DNA of 64,000 nt. Source: Clostridia bacterium (GTDB lineage: Bacteria > Bacillota > Clostridia > TANB77 > CAG-508). The first letter of the stretch is position 1, and each line of letters starts with the position of its first letter. Below, one piece after another: positions 41,292-51,723 of the stretch. Location of the stretch: contig JARHYK010000015.1 in the NCBI GenBank assembly GCA_029258515.1, positions 1,830 through 65,829 on the forward strand, written 5' to 3'. The position numbers and the translations under genes are program-made. The notes under the pieces were generated by a model. It ran no database searches and had not been told where the DNA came from. It saw nothing but the letters and a program-made list of their open reading frames with translations.

Positions 41292-42542
41292 ATGAATATT
41301 TTAGAAATAATAGAAAAAAAAAGAGATAAAAAAGAATTAACAAAAGAAGAAATGGAATATTTTATTCAAGAATACACAAAAGGTAAAATAGCAGACTATC
41401 AAGCAGCTGCTTTAATAATGGGAATATACATAAATGGAATGACAGATAAAGAACTAGTAAATTTAACAATGGCAATGGCAAACTCAGGAGATATAATAGA
41501 TCTAAGTAAAATAGATGGAATAATAGTAGATAAACATTCAACAGGAGGTGTAGGAGACAAAGTATCAATAATTTTACTTCCTCTTGTTAGTTCTGTTGGA
41601 GTAAAAGTTGCAAAAATGTCAGGAAGAGGTTTAGGATTTACTGGAGGAACAGTAGATAAATTAGAATCAATACCAGGATACAAAACAAATATACCAGAAG
41701 AAGAATTTATAAAAAATGTAAATGAAATAGGAATTAGTATGATATCACAAACAGCAAATATAGCCCCAGCAGATAAAAAAATATATAGTCTAAGAGATGC
41801 AATATCATGTGTAGAAAGTATTCCACTAATCGCATCGAGTATAATGAGTAAAAAAATAGCAAGTGGAGCAGCTAAAATAGTTTTAGAAGTGACATATGGT
41901 AAAGGTGCTTTTATGAAAACAGTAGAAGAGGCAAAAAAACTAGCAGAAGAAATGGTTAAAATAGGAAATTTAGCAAATAGGGAAACAAGATATATATTGA
42001 CAAGCATGGATGAACCTTTAGGCTATGCAATAGGAAATAATTTGGAAATAAAAGAAGCTGTACAATTTTTAAAAGGAGAAATAGAACCCAAAGACTTAAA
42101 AGAAGTTGTATTAGAACTTGGAGCACATATGATAAAATTAGCAGGATTAGGAGAAAATTTAGAAGAAAACAAAAAAATAATGCTAGAGAATATAAAAAAT
42201 GGGAAAGCATATAATAAATTTGTAGAAATGGTAAAAAGGCAAGGTGGAGATATATCATATTTAGAAAATCTAGAAAAATTTGAAAAATCAAAATACGAAA
42301 TAGATATTTTAAGTGAAAAAACAGGAAAAATAAAAGAAGTAAAAGCAGATGTAATTGCAAAATACGTATGCAATTTAGGAGCAGGAAGAATAAGAAAAGA
42401 GGATAATATCGATATGACAGTAGGAATGATACTAAATAAAAAAGTAGGAGATGTTGTTACTAAAGGCGAAAAAATAGCTACAATACATACAAATAAAGCA
42501 ACAGAAAAAATAAAACCAGAAGATATAGGAATTATAATATAA
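41292..42542 (+). CDS. pdp: Pyrimidine-nucleoside/thymidine phosphorylase (C-terminus slightly short)
   Basis: DKHSTGGVGDK, KMSGRGLGFTGGTVDKLESIPG, SIMSKK, LGAGR. Confidence 0.93.
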   Translation: MNILEIIEKKRDKKELTKEEMEYFIQEYTKGKIADYQAAALIMGIYINGMTDKELVNLTMAMANSGDIIDLSKIDGIIVDKHSTGGVGDKVSIILLPLVSSVGVKVAKMSGRGLGFTGGTVDKLESIPGYKTNIPEEEFIKNVNEIGISMISQTANIAPADKKIYSLRDAISCVESIPLIASSIMSKKIASGAAKIVLEVTYGKGAFMKTVEEAKKLAEEMVKIGNLANRETRYILTSMDEPLGYAIGNNLEIKEAVQFLKGEIEPKDLKEVVLELGAHMIKLAGLGENLEENKKIMLENIKNGKAYNKFVEMVKRQGGDISYLENLEKFEKSKYEIDILSEKTGKIKEVKADVIAKYVCNLGAGRIRKEDNIDMTVGMILNKKVGDVVTKGEKIATIHTNKATEKIKPEDIGIII

Positions 42543-42626
42543 TATAGGAAGTTACATAAAAATCTATTGAAAAAACAACATATAAATGATATAATAAATA
42601 TTGTAAAATAACAAAGGAGGCAAAAA

Positions 42627-42764
42627 ATGAAAAATATTAAAGAAACAAAAAGCAAAAAAAAGGAATTTAATAAAGGTGAAGTGTTCACAAAAATAATGGC
42701 AGGTATTCTAGTAATACTAATGCTTGGTGGAGTATGTGCCTCATTAATATTTGCATTAATTTAA
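42627..42764 (+). CDS. Small membrane protein, DUF4044-like (45 aa; below the ORF-track cutoff)
   Basis: SD aaggagg; MKNIKETKSKKKEFNKGEVFTKIMAGILVILMLGGVCASLIFALI. Confidence 0.7.
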   Translation: MKNIKETKSKKKEFNKGEVFTKIMAGILVILMLGGVCASLIFALI

Positions 42765-42816
42765 GTTTATAGGATACTTCAAAAACCTAAATATATATAA
42801 TAAGGAATATAAAAAT

Positions 42817-43776
42817 ATGGGAACAGTAGGAAATATAACAACACCTGTAAAAACAACTAACTGGCAAACATTTTACAACGAAAATATATTAGGATATTTT
42901 CATAGCTTACAAGGAAATCCATTTGAATTAATAACATTAATAATAGATTTATCATTTGTTGTTTTTTTAGGCTATTATTTTTTCAAAATAGTAAAAGATT
43001 CAAGAGCATGGCAATTAATAAAAGGAATAGCATTATTATTAGTAATAACCTGGTTAAGTGGAATATTAAATTTTAAAATATTAAATGCAATATTAACAGC
43101 AATAATGAATATAGGAATGATAGCAGTAATAGTAATATTCCAACCAGAATTAAGAAGAGCACTAGAACAGTTAGGAACAAATAAATTTGCAAAATTCATA
43201 GGCATAGATAAAGATATTGCAACAAGAACAAAGGAAGATATATATAAAGTAGTTATAGCAGTAGAAGAATTGGCAAAAACAAAAACAGGGGCATTAATAG
43301 TATTAGAAAGAGATATAAATATACAAGATATAATATCAACAGGAGTACCAATAAATGCAGAAGTTTCACCACAACTATTGGTAAATATATTTGTTCCAAA
43401 GACACCACTTCATGATGGAGCAGTAATAATAGGAAACAACAAAATAATATCAGCAGCCTGTGTATTACCATTAGAAGATGATGCAAATGTAGCAAATGGA
43501 TTAGGAACAAGACATAGAGCTGCAATAGGAATGTCAAAAGAATCAGATAGTATAGTAGTTGTTGTATCAGAAGAAACTGGAAAAATATCTATAGCAAAAG
43601 ATGGAATATTGATAGCAGATGTAAAAGAAGAAGCACTAAAGAAAATATTAATTACTAATATTGTTACTAAAAGGTTTGTAGTAGATAAAAAACAAGCTAA
43701 AGGTAAAATAAATAAGATTAAAGAAAAATTCAAAAAAGAAAAAGAAAAAATAGAAAAGGAAAAAATAGAAAAATAG
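42817..43776 (+). CDS. cdaA: Diadenylate cyclase CdaA/DacA
   Basis: Three TM segments, IFQPELRRALEQLG, KTGALIV, TPLHDGAV, GTRHRAAIGMS. Confidence 0.95.
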   Translation: MGTVGNITTPVKTTNWQTFYNENILGYFHSLQGNPFELITLIIDLSFVVFLGYYFFKIVKDSRAWQLIKGIALLLVITWLSGILNFKILNAILTAIMNIGMIAVIVIFQPELRRALEQLGTNKFAKFIGIDKDIATRTKEDIYKVVIAVEELAKTKTGALIVLERDINIQDIISTGVPINAEVSPQLLVNIFVPKTPLHDGAVIIGNNKIISAACVLPLEDDANVANGLGTRHRAAIGMSKESDSIVVVVSEETGKISIAKDGILIADVKEEALKKILITNIVTKRFVVDKKQAKGKINKIKEKFKKEKEKIEKEKIEK

Positions 43777-43783
43777 TGGTAAT

Positions 43784-44524
43784 ATGCGAAATATAAAACT
43801 AACAATAGAATATGATGGAAAAGAATTTAATGGTTGGCAAAAACAACCACAGAAATTGAATATACAAGGAACTATAGAACAAGCAATAAAATCAATAACT
43901 GGTGAAGAAGTAACTCTAAACGCATCAGGAAGAACAGATGCAAAAGTACATGCATTAGGACAAGTTGCAAATTTTAAAACGAATTCTAAAATTCCAATTG
44001 AAAAATTCCCAATAGCAATAAATACAAAATTAAAAAAAAGTATAAGAATAATAAAAGCAGAGGAAGTAGATGAAAAATTTCACAGTCGACTTACATGCAA
44101 AAAAAAGACATATCGATATATAATTAACAATTCAAAATATGGAACAGCCATATATAGGAATTTAGAAACAAATATATCAAATAAACTAGATGAGAAAAAA
44201 ATGAATGAAGCTATTAAATACTTCATAGGTGAACATGATTTTAAAGCATTTAAAGCAAGTGGAACAAGTAGTAAAAGTAGCATCAGAACTATATACGATG
44301 CAAAAGTATATAGGAAAGAAGATAGAATATTTATAGAACTAACAGGAAATGGATTTCTATATAATATGGTAAGAATTATAGCAGGAACACTAGTAGAAGT
44401 AGGAAATGGAAAAATAAAACCAGAAGATATAAGTAAAATAATAGCTTCTAAAAAAAGAGAAAATGCAGGAAAAACACTACCACCACAAGGACTATATCTA
44501 GTATCTGTAGAATATGAAGATTAG
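43784..44524 (+). CDS. truA: tRNA pseudouridine(38-40) synthase
   Basis: YDGKEFNGWQKQ, SGRTDAKVHA, HDFKAF, GFLYNMVR, LPPQGLYL. Confidence 0.97.
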   Translation: MRNIKLTIEYDGKEFNGWQKQPQKLNIQGTIEQAIKSITGEEVTLNASGRTDAKVHALGQVANFKTNSKIPIEKFPIAINTKLKKSIRIIKAEEVDEKFHSRLTCKKKTYRYIINNSKYGTAIYRNLETNISNKLDEKKMNEAIKYFIGEHDFKAFKASGTSSKSSIRTIYDAKVYRKEDRIFIELTGNGFLYNMVRIIAGTLVEVGNGKIKPEDISKIIASKKRENAGKTLPPQGLYLVSVEYED

Positions 44525-44579
44525 TGATAATTATTAAATTATCACTATAAATTTTATATAGCCAAAATAAAAAGGAGAA

Positions 44580-45458
44580 ATGAAAATGTTACATATATTA
44601 AAACATACAATTGAAGAAGGAATAAAACTATTGCCATTTTTATTCATAACATATCTAATAATGGAATATATTGAACATAAAATGGAAAATAAATCAAAAG
44701 AAGCAATCAAGAAATCAGGGAAACTTGGACCAATAGTAGGAAGTATTTTAGGGATATTTCCACAATGTGGCTTTTCAGTATCAGCAACCAACCTATATGC
44801 AGGAAGAGTGATAACACTTGGAACATTAATAGCAGTATATTTATCAACATCTGACGAAATGCTACCTATATTTATTTCAGAAGCAGTATCACCAGTAATA
44901 ATATTTAAAATATTAGGGATAAAACTTTTGATAGGAATAATTGCAGGATTTTTAGTCGATTTTGGAGTAGTACTAATAAATAAAAGAAAAAACAAAAAAC
45001 AAGAAGAAATGGACAAAGAAATAGGACATTTTTGTGAAGAAAAACATTGTCATTGCGATGAAAAAGGAATATTTAAGTCAGCACTTAACCATACTTTAAA
45101 TATATTAGTATACATATTAATAATTCTGTTCATAATAAATTCATTAGTTCATATAATAGGAGAAGAAAACATAAAACACATATTTTTAAATAAGCCAATA
45201 ATAGGGCCAATGATTTCAGCATTAATAGGATTAATACCCAACTGTGCAGCATCAGTAATAATAACAAATATGTATCTAGAAAATGTAATATCAGTTTCAA
45301 GTTTAATAGCTGGATTATTAACAAGTGCAGGAGTTGGATTAGCGGTATTGTTTAGGACTAACAAAGGTTTGAAGAAGAATTTAAAAATCGTATTAATACT
45401 ATATTTAATAGCTGTACTATCAGGAATAATATTAGAAAGTATAGGAATTGTGATATAA
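44580..45458 (+). CDS. Putative metal (Mn) transporter / permease
   Basis: Multiple TM segments, PQCGFS, STSDEM, His/Cys-rich loop HFCEEKHCHC, GLIPNCAAS. Confidence 0.75.
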   Translation: MKMLHILKHTIEEGIKLLPFLFITYLIMEYIEHKMENKSKEAIKKSGKLGPIVGSILGIFPQCGFSVSATNLYAGRVITLGTLIAVYLSTSDEMLPIFISEAVSPVIIFKILGIKLLIGIIAGFLVDFGVVLINKRKNKKQEEMDKEIGHFCEEKHCHCDEKGIFKSALNHTLNILVYILIILFIINSLVHIIGEENIKHIFLNKPIIGPMISALIGLIPNCAASVIITNMYLENVISVSSLIAGLLTSAGVGLAVLFRTNKGLKKNLKIVLILYLIAVLSGIILESIGIVI

Positions 45459-45498
45459 AAATAGGCAAAGTATATTATTTATACTTTGCCTATTTTTT
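45457..45498. terminator. Bidirectional terminator
   Basis: aaaaataggcaaagtata/tatactttgcctattttt. Confidence 0.75.
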
Positions 45499-45506
45499 AC
45501 CATTTA

Positions 45507-47840
45507 TTATTTATTGGATTTACCTCTTTTTAGGTTAACTATAATAGCATCTTCATTATCAAATAGATATTTAGAATCTGTATCATCAGTTTGAACAGGA
45601 TTAAATTCATTTCTATCATCAAGAAAATCTATATTATTAGGATTATATTTCTTTTTAGATTTAACATTAATATCAGCATCTTCTGTAGTCGTAGTTACAC
45701 TATCAGAAAATTTACCAAAGTCATATTTCTTAATTTTTTGAGGTTCTTTATACTTACTATCTAAATAATTCATTTTTCCCATACCATATTCTGACTTACC
45801 TTTTTCATTTCTAAACTTAAAAGCACAATCTTTTTGACTGAAAGCTTGAAGTTTAATTGGCTTAAAATTAGTAACGAATTTCCATTCAACACCACCATGT
45901 TTTGAATCGTATTTCATTTTATCAAAATCAATAGTATTACTAAATTTCCATTCTTTATGAACACCCATTTCAAAAGACCACCAATCTAAATCTTCTTGAG
46001 TTGCATTACCTGTGAATATTTTATTAGCACAGTTTGCAAGAATTGTTTGTCTATAATTTTCTTTAGATGTAGGAGTTTCTAATTGTGACAAGTTTTGTGC
46101 AGAAATTATAGCACCTACTTTATATTTCCTAAACATTGTAAATATTGGTTCAGTAGCTTTGCAAATAAAGTCAGGGAATTCATCAACATATAAGAAATGA
46201 GGAATTCTAGTTTTTTCATTTCCAGGTCTTCTAAGTACAGCATTTTCTAAAGAAATTAATAAGAATAAACCAAATGCTTTATGACTTGTAGCCCCTAAAT
46301 CACCTCTTCTAGTGCATACAAAAGTAAGTTCTCCATTTTTTAACACATCGTCAAAATTAATATTATTTGTTCTATTACATAAAATATTTTTAACTCCATT
46401 TAATCTAAGTAGATTATCTAATTGAGAAACAGCAGCATATATAAATTTTTCTGTCATTTCTCTACCAGTACCATTTTTATAAAAATTCTTTTTAAAATAT
46501 GATAATTGAATTGAATATTTTTCTCTTAAGTTATCATCATGTGCCATTATTTCACACATTTTTTCAACTAACTCAAAATTGGTAAACATTTTCAACATAT
46601 CTTCTAAATTTGGTAGTGCTCCTTCATTCATTTTAGGATACATTACTTTTAATAATATTGCGACATTTTCAATTGCTTGAATCACAACATCTTCTCTGAA
46701 AGCTTCTTTTATATCACTATGAGTAGTATTATACATAGCTTTTAAAGCTGAAGAAATAGTTGTAGCAATTTTATTTGTATCATCATAAACAAAAGGATTT
46801 AAACCTATAGAATTTATATCAGATGGATCGATAATATTATATGTAAATCCAAAATTTTCAGCTACATCAATCATATGATCTGATATTTCTCTATCTGGAG
46901 ACATAACAGTAACACCACAATTCTTGTATATATATTCAGGAACGTCAGCTAAAAGCATTTTCTTAACATATGATTTATAAATACTTTCTTTTCCAGAAGA
47001 AGGTATTAACATATTTAAGTTAAAATTTTTATTTAAATATTCGTTATCATAAGGCTTATCTAAAACTGCAATTCTGGTTTTTAAAGCAGTATATCCCATT
47101 TCTTTAGAAACTTCACTAAAGAAAAATTTTCTTTCTAAATCTCTTGCAATGAAAGGTTCAAAAACCATTGAAGTTTTACCACTTCCAGAGCCACCACAAA
47201 CAAATGTTGATTGAAATCTTGAAGCTTCTGGCATTGTTGAAGAAACCCCAGATTGAGAATCCTTAAATAAAAACATTTCACAAGTAAAAGGTCCGTGACC
47301 TTTACTTTTATCTGATAAATCAATTCCAGCATAATCCCATATAGAACGAGATAAATCTAAACTATCAAACACACCAAAATAAAGGAAGTTAAATAATTTA
47401 TAAGCAAGAGTAATAGGTATAAATAAAGCAATAGAGGTTAATGCAGGTCTAAAGAGTTCAGAAAAATTAGTTACTAAGTCATTATAACCAGGAACTGAAA
47501 CTAAAAATAGCCAAACCCCCATATTAAGCCATTGTGTGAACATTGAAATCACAATTACACCTAATAAAATAATATATACACAAAATATTTTTTCTTTTTG
47601 AGCTTTAGAAGTAGAAAATTCCGAAGGAACAGAAAAAGCATATGCAAGCATAGGGCAAGCCATAGCTAAACAATATTTAATTGGTCCCCAATAAGAATAA
47701 GATACACCAGTAAAAACAATTAACAATGTTTCAACTAATCTATCTACCACTAAATATAAAGTAATTAACGTTAAAACATAAGTTGCAAAATTATTTCTAG
47801 TAGTATGTAACTTTTTTAAAAATTTATCAAAATATTTCAT
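45507..47840 (-). CDS. VirD4/TraG-like coupling ATPase with N-terminal TM segments
   Basis: Walker A GGSGSGKT, GLNPF, Walker B FLYVDEF, R-K-Y-K-V-G-A-I-I-S-A-Q-N-L-S-Q-L, ILANC (TraG/TraD C-terminal pattern). Confidence 0.8.
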   Translation of the reverse strand: MKYFDKFLKKLHTTRNNFATYVLTLITLYLVVDRLVETLLIVFTGVSYSYWGPIKYCLAMACPMLAYAFSVPSEFSTSKAQKEKIFCVYIILLGVIVISMFTQWLNMGVWLFLVSVPGYNDLVTNFSELFRPALTSIALFIPITLAYKLFNFLYFGVFDSLDLSRSIWDYAGIDLSDKSKGHGPFTCEMFLFKDSQSGVSSTMPEASRFQSTFVCGGSGSGKTSMVFEPFIARDLERKFFFSEVSKEMGYTALKTRIAVLDKPYDNEYLNKNFNLNMLIPSSGKESIYKSYVKKMLLADVPEYIYKNCGVTVMSPDREISDHMIDVAENFGFTYNIIDPSDINSIGLNPFVYDDTNKIATTISSALKAMYNTTHSDIKEAFREDVVIQAIENVAILLKVMYPKMNEGALPNLEDMLKMFTNFELVEKMCEIMAHDDNLREKYSIQLSYFKKNFYKNGTGREMTEKFIYAAVSQLDNLLRLNGVKNILCNRTNNINFDDVLKNGELTFVCTRRGDLGATSHKAFGLFLLISLENAVLRRPGNEKTRIPHFLYVDEFPDFICKATEPIFTMFRKYKVGAIISAQNLSQLETPTSKENYRQTILANCANKIFTGNATQEDLDWWSFEMGVHKEWKFSNTIDFDKMKYDSKHGGVEWKFVTNFKPIKLQAFSQKDCAFKFRNEKGKSEYGMGKMNYLDSKYKEPQKIKKYDFGKFSDSVTTTTEDADINVKSKKKYNPNNIDFLDDRNEFNPVQTDDTDSKYLFDNEDAIIVNLKRGKSNK

Positions 47841-48008
47841 TTAAATTATCCTTTCAAAATATTATTTACATATACATATATTATCCTATAAAATCTGCAA
47901 AAAATCAAGTATTTTACAACAACTTTTTAAGTTTGAAAAAATAAAATAAAAAAATAAGAATAAAACTAAAAGCTTGTACATATAATTAATAATAAATGAG
48001 GTGATAAA

Positions 48009-48296
48009 ATGCAAGAAATCTATAACAAAGAAAAATTAATTATAGAAAAGACAGAATTAGAAAAAGAGAAAGAACTGATAAAAAATATAATAAAAACAAA
48101 AAAGGAACTTGAATTTTCAAATAATAATTTTGAATTTGCAGAAGAAGATCTGATAGATTATTATATTTATCAAATCAAAGCCAACCAAGCTAAATTAGAC
48201 TACTTAATTAAATTAGCTAAAATAAAAGGAATAAATGTAAGTAGTATAAAAGAATTAGAATACAATATAGAAACTTTAGAAGAAAATGCTATATAA
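48009..48296 (+). CDS. yaaL: YaaL (DUF2508) family protein
   Basis: NNFEFAEEDLIDYYIYQIKANQAKLDYLIK; upstream of bofA. Confidence 0.8.
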   Translation: MQEIYNKEKLIIEKTELEKEKELIKNIIKTKKELEFSNNNFEFAEEDLIDYYIYQIKANQAKLDYLIKLAKIKGINVSSIKELEYNIETLEENAI

Positions 48297-48371
48297 TCTA
48301 AAATATAAGTTATTAAATTCCAACTTTCACATATTAATATAATATAAGTAAATGAAAGAAAGGAATAAAAA

Positions 48372-48632
48372 ATGAATACAAGTATCATTACATATCTAGC
48401 GTGTATTTGCTTTCTATTTTTGTTTGGAAAAATATTTATTTTACCACTTAAGAAAATATTGAAACTTGTTCTAAATTCAATAATAGGAGGAGTAGTAATA
48501 TTTTTAATAAATATAATAGGAGCAAACTTTGGATTTCATATAGGATTGAATTTTTTTACAAGTGCTTTAATAGGAATATTAGGATTGCCAGGTGCAGTAG
48601 TATTAATTATTATAAAATTATTATTAATGTAA
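48372..48632 (+). CDS. bofA: Pro-sigmaK processing inhibitor BofA
   Basis: LNSIIGGV..F.IN.IG..FGFHIGLN...ALIGILGLPG. Confidence 0.88.
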   Translation: MNTSIITYLACICFLFLFGKIFILPLKKILKLVLNSIIGGVVIFLINIIGANFGFHIGLNFFTSALIGILGLPGAVVLIIIKLLLM

Positions 48633-48771
48633 AACTAAAAAACAAACTACTAAAAAAAGTTTGATTTTTAGTTTTTAATTTTTTACACCAAGATAAAAAG
48701 AAAAAATTGATTTTGACCAAAAGATATAGTATACTAGATGTGTAGATCGTAAAGAAATATTAGGAGGTAAA

Positions 48772-49275
48772 ATGGATATATTAATAAATGAAGTAAGATT
48801 ACAAAAAAGAATTAACGAACTAGCTAAAATGATAGAGAAAGACTATCAAGGAAAAGAAATTGTATTAATAGGAATATTAAAAGGCTCAGTTCCATTTTTA
48901 TGGGAACTATCTAAAAGATTAAAAAATGATGTGATAATGGAATTTATGGAAGTATCAAGCTATGAAGGAACTGAAAGTACAGGAGTAGTAACAATAAAAA
49001 AAGATCTAAGTGGAAACATAGAAGGAAAAGATGTAATTATAGTAGAAGATATTATAGATACAGGAAGAACACTTACATATTTAAAACAAAATTTATTAGA
49101 AAGAAAACCAAATAGTTTAAAAATAGCAACATTACTAAGTAAACCATCAAGAAGGGTGTTGGAATTAGATGTAGACTATATAGGATTCCAAATAGAAGAT
49201 AAATTTGTCGTAGGATTTGGACTAGATTATAATCAAAAACTTAGAAACTTACCATATATTGGATATATAGAATAG
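48772..49275 (+). CDS. hpt: Hypoxanthine phosphoribosyltransferase
   Basis: ILKGSVPF, VSSY, IIVEDIIDTGRTL, FVVGFGLDY. Confidence 0.97.
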   Translation: MDILINEVRLQKRINELAKMIEKDYQGKEIVLIGILKGSVPFLWELSKRLKNDVIMEFMEVSSYEGTESTGVVTIKKDLSGNIEGKDVIIVEDIIDTGRTLTYLKQNLLERKPNSLKIATLLSKPSRRVLELDVDYIGFQIEDKFVVGFGLDYNQKLRNLPYIGYIE

Positions 49276-49283
49276 GAGATTAT

Positions 49284-51071
49284 ATGTTTCAAATAGAAGA
49301 AGAATTAAAAAAACTGCCTAATAAACCAGGAGTATATATTATGAAAGATTCAAAAGATAATATCATATACGTAGGTAAGGCAGTTTCTTTAAAAAATAGA
49401 GTTAGACAATATTTTAGAAAAAATAATAAAACAAAAAGAATAGAAAATATGGTAAGCTTAATAGACCATTTTGAATATATAGTTGTTGATAATGAAGCAG
49501 AAGCACTAATTTTAGAATGTAATTTAATAAAAAAACATAGGCCTAAATTCAATGTACTGTTAAAAGATGATAAAACTTACCCATATATAAAAATTGATAT
49601 AAAATCAGACTTCCCAACAGTAACATATACAAGAAGAATAATAAATGATGGTGCGAAATATTTTGGACCATATGCAAGTCCAGGAGCAGCAAAAGAAATG
49701 GTAGATTTTATAAAAGAAAAATATAAAATAAGACAATGTAGAACACTAAAAAAAAGAACAAGACCTTGCTTAAATTATCATATAAAAAGATGCCTAGCAC
49801 CATGCATGGGATATATCAAAAAAGAAGAATATAGGAAACAAATTAATGAAATTATTGACTTATTAGAAGGAAAAATAAGTAAAATTTTAAAAGAACTAGA
49901 AAATCAAATGAAAGAAGCGGCAAACAAATTAGAGTTTGAAAAAGCAGCAGAATTAAGAGATAGAAAACAAGCAATAATTAGAGCTTCAGAAAAACAAAAA
50001 GTGTCAAACATATCAGAAAATAATATTGATGTAATAGGAATATATAAATCACAATTAGAAGTATGTATTGAAATATTTTTCGTTAGAGGAAGCAAAATGA
50101 TAGGAAGAGAACATTACTTTTTTAATGAATTAAAAGATATGGAAATTCAAGAACTTTTATCAGGATTCGTAAAACAATATTACATTGATAATCCAAATAT
50201 TCCAAGTAAAATAATGTTAAGAGAAGAATTAGAAGATAAAAAAATAATAGAAGAATGGCTTTCAAATGAAGCAGGAAAAAAAGTAGAATTAAAAAGTCCT
50301 AAAAAAGGTGAAAAATTAAGATTTGTTGAGATGGCAGAAAATAATGCGAAAGTAACATTAGAAAATAAGGAAAAAGAGAAAAATGAAATATTATTAGAAT
50401 TAAAAAAAGTACTAAATTTAGAAAAAATGCCAAGAAAAATAGAAACATATGATATATCAAATTTAGCAGGAGAAAATATGGTAGCAGCAATGTGCGTTAT
50501 GCAAGATGGAATGATAAAAAAGAACTTATCAAGAAGATTTAAAATAAAAACAGTATTAACACAAGATGACCCAAGGTGTATGGAAGAAGTAATAACTAGA
50601 AGATTAAAATATTCTATAGAAAAAGAAAATACAGGTTTTGGAAGATTACCAGATGCAATATTTGCAGATGGAGGAATAACTCAAATTAGAGCCACTAAAA
50701 AAGCAATTAAAAAATACCATTTAGATATTCCGGTTTATGGAATGGTTAAAAACGATAAACATCAAACAAGAGCTTTAATGGATGAAAATAGAAATGAATT
50801 AGAAATATCTGAAAATTTAAAAAATCTAATAACAAGATTTCAAGATACTGTTCATGATACCGCAATTACATATCACAGAAAAATTAGAGAAAAAGAAATT
50901 ACAAAATCTGAATTAGATGAAATACAAGGAATTGGAGAAAAAAAGAAACAAGAATTATTAAAATATTTTGGAAGTGTCGAAAAAATAAAAAAAGCTACAG
51001 AAGAAGATCTTATGAAAGTAAAAGGAATCACTAAAAATAATGCTTTTGAAATATGGAATAAATTTAAATAG
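49284..51071 (+). CDS. uvrC: Excinuclease ABC subunit C
   Basis: GIY-YIG (PGVYIM...IYVGKA..L..RV..YF), EALILE, CLNYHIKRCLAPC, UVR, IETYDISN, DGG, HhH. Confidence 0.97.
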   Translation: MFQIEEELKKLPNKPGVYIMKDSKDNIIYVGKAVSLKNRVRQYFRKNNKTKRIENMVSLIDHFEYIVVDNEAEALILECNLIKKHRPKFNVLLKDDKTYPYIKIDIKSDFPTVTYTRRIINDGAKYFGPYASPGAAKEMVDFIKEKYKIRQCRTLKKRTRPCLNYHIKRCLAPCMGYIKKEEYRKQINEIIDLLEGKISKILKELENQMKEAANKLEFEKAAELRDRKQAIIRASEKQKVSNISENNIDVIGIYKSQLEVCIEIFFVRGSKMIGREHYFFNELKDMEIQELLSGFVKQYYIDNPNIPSKIMLREELEDKKIIEEWLSNEAGKKVELKSPKKGEKLRFVEMAENNAKVTLENKEKEKNEILLELKKVLNLEKMPRKIETYDISNLAGENMVAAMCVMQDGMIKKNLSRRFKIKTVLTQDDPRCMEEVITRRLKYSIEKENTGFGRLPDAIFADGGITQIRATKKAIKKYHLDIPVYGMVKNDKHQTRALMDENRNELEISENLKNLITRFQDTVHDTAITYHRKIREKEITKSELDEIQGIGEKKKQELLKYFGSVEKIKKATEEDLMKVKGITKNNAFEIWNKFK

Positions 51072-51110
51072 ATATTAAAAAAATATTTCAATAATATAAA
51101 GCGAAAAAAT

Positions 51111-51144
51111 AAAAATACATAGTCTATTAGACTATGTATTTTTT
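51111..51144. terminator. Bidirectional terminator
   Basis: aaaaatacatagtcta/tagactatgtattttt. Confidence 0.7.
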
Positions 51145-51278
51145 AACATTTTGAAGTTTAGTCTAAATAAACCGATATTAGATAAACAAGAGTTTTTCCT
51201 AATATACAAACAGTGCATATGAAGACCAATCAACAACGTTACAGAAGTTACTAATAAAACGGTTAAAAATCTTTTCAT
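51132..51278 (-). CDS. Small hypothetical protein (48 aa), signal-peptide-like N-terminus
   Basis: SD ggaggttg; MKRFLTVLLVTSVTLLIGLHMHCLYIRKNSCLSNIGLFRLNFKMLKNT. Confidence 0.45.
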   Translation of the reverse strand: MKRFLTVLLVTSVTLLIGLHMHCLYIRKNSCLSNIGLFRLNFKMLKNT

Positions 51279-51410
51279 AGTACAACCTCCTAATATATAT
51301 TTTTTTAAATAGTATATAACAAAATAAAAAAATAATCAAATTTATGAATAAATCAAAAATACTAAGCATATATATATAATAATAAATAAAAAATATAAGG
51401 GGGAAATATT

Positions 51411-51641
51411 ATGATATATACAAATGAGGATATTCTAAATATGAAATATAATGAAAGGTTAAACAAAATACAAATAAAAAAAGAAAAAAGGACAAGCAAA
51501 AAAATATTAAAAATAATCAATAAAATAAGAGCAAATAAATTTATAACAGTAGCAGGTTCTCTATTTTTAATATTTTCAATAATTAATTTTTATTTAATAT
51601 ATAGTATAATAAAATTAATACAAACAGTAAACTTTATGTGA
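51411..51641 (+). CDS. Small hypothetical membrane protein
   Basis: SD aaggggg; basic N-terminus plus one C-terminal TM segment. Confidence 0.6.
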   Translation: MIYTNEDILNMKYNERLNKIQIKKEKRTSKKILKIINKIRANKFITVAGSLFLIFSIINFYLIYSIIKLIQTVNFM

Positions 51642-51723
51642 AATATAAAAAAACATTGAAATATAATTAAAAATATAGTAAAATATAACTATTCTAATAA
51701 AAGGAGGATAGTTAAAACAAAAA

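Noticed and set aside
45507-47840. Integrative conjugative element around the VirD4-like gene
   Set aside because: No relaxase, VirB4, integrase, att-like direct repeats or compositional boundary; flanks are core genes.
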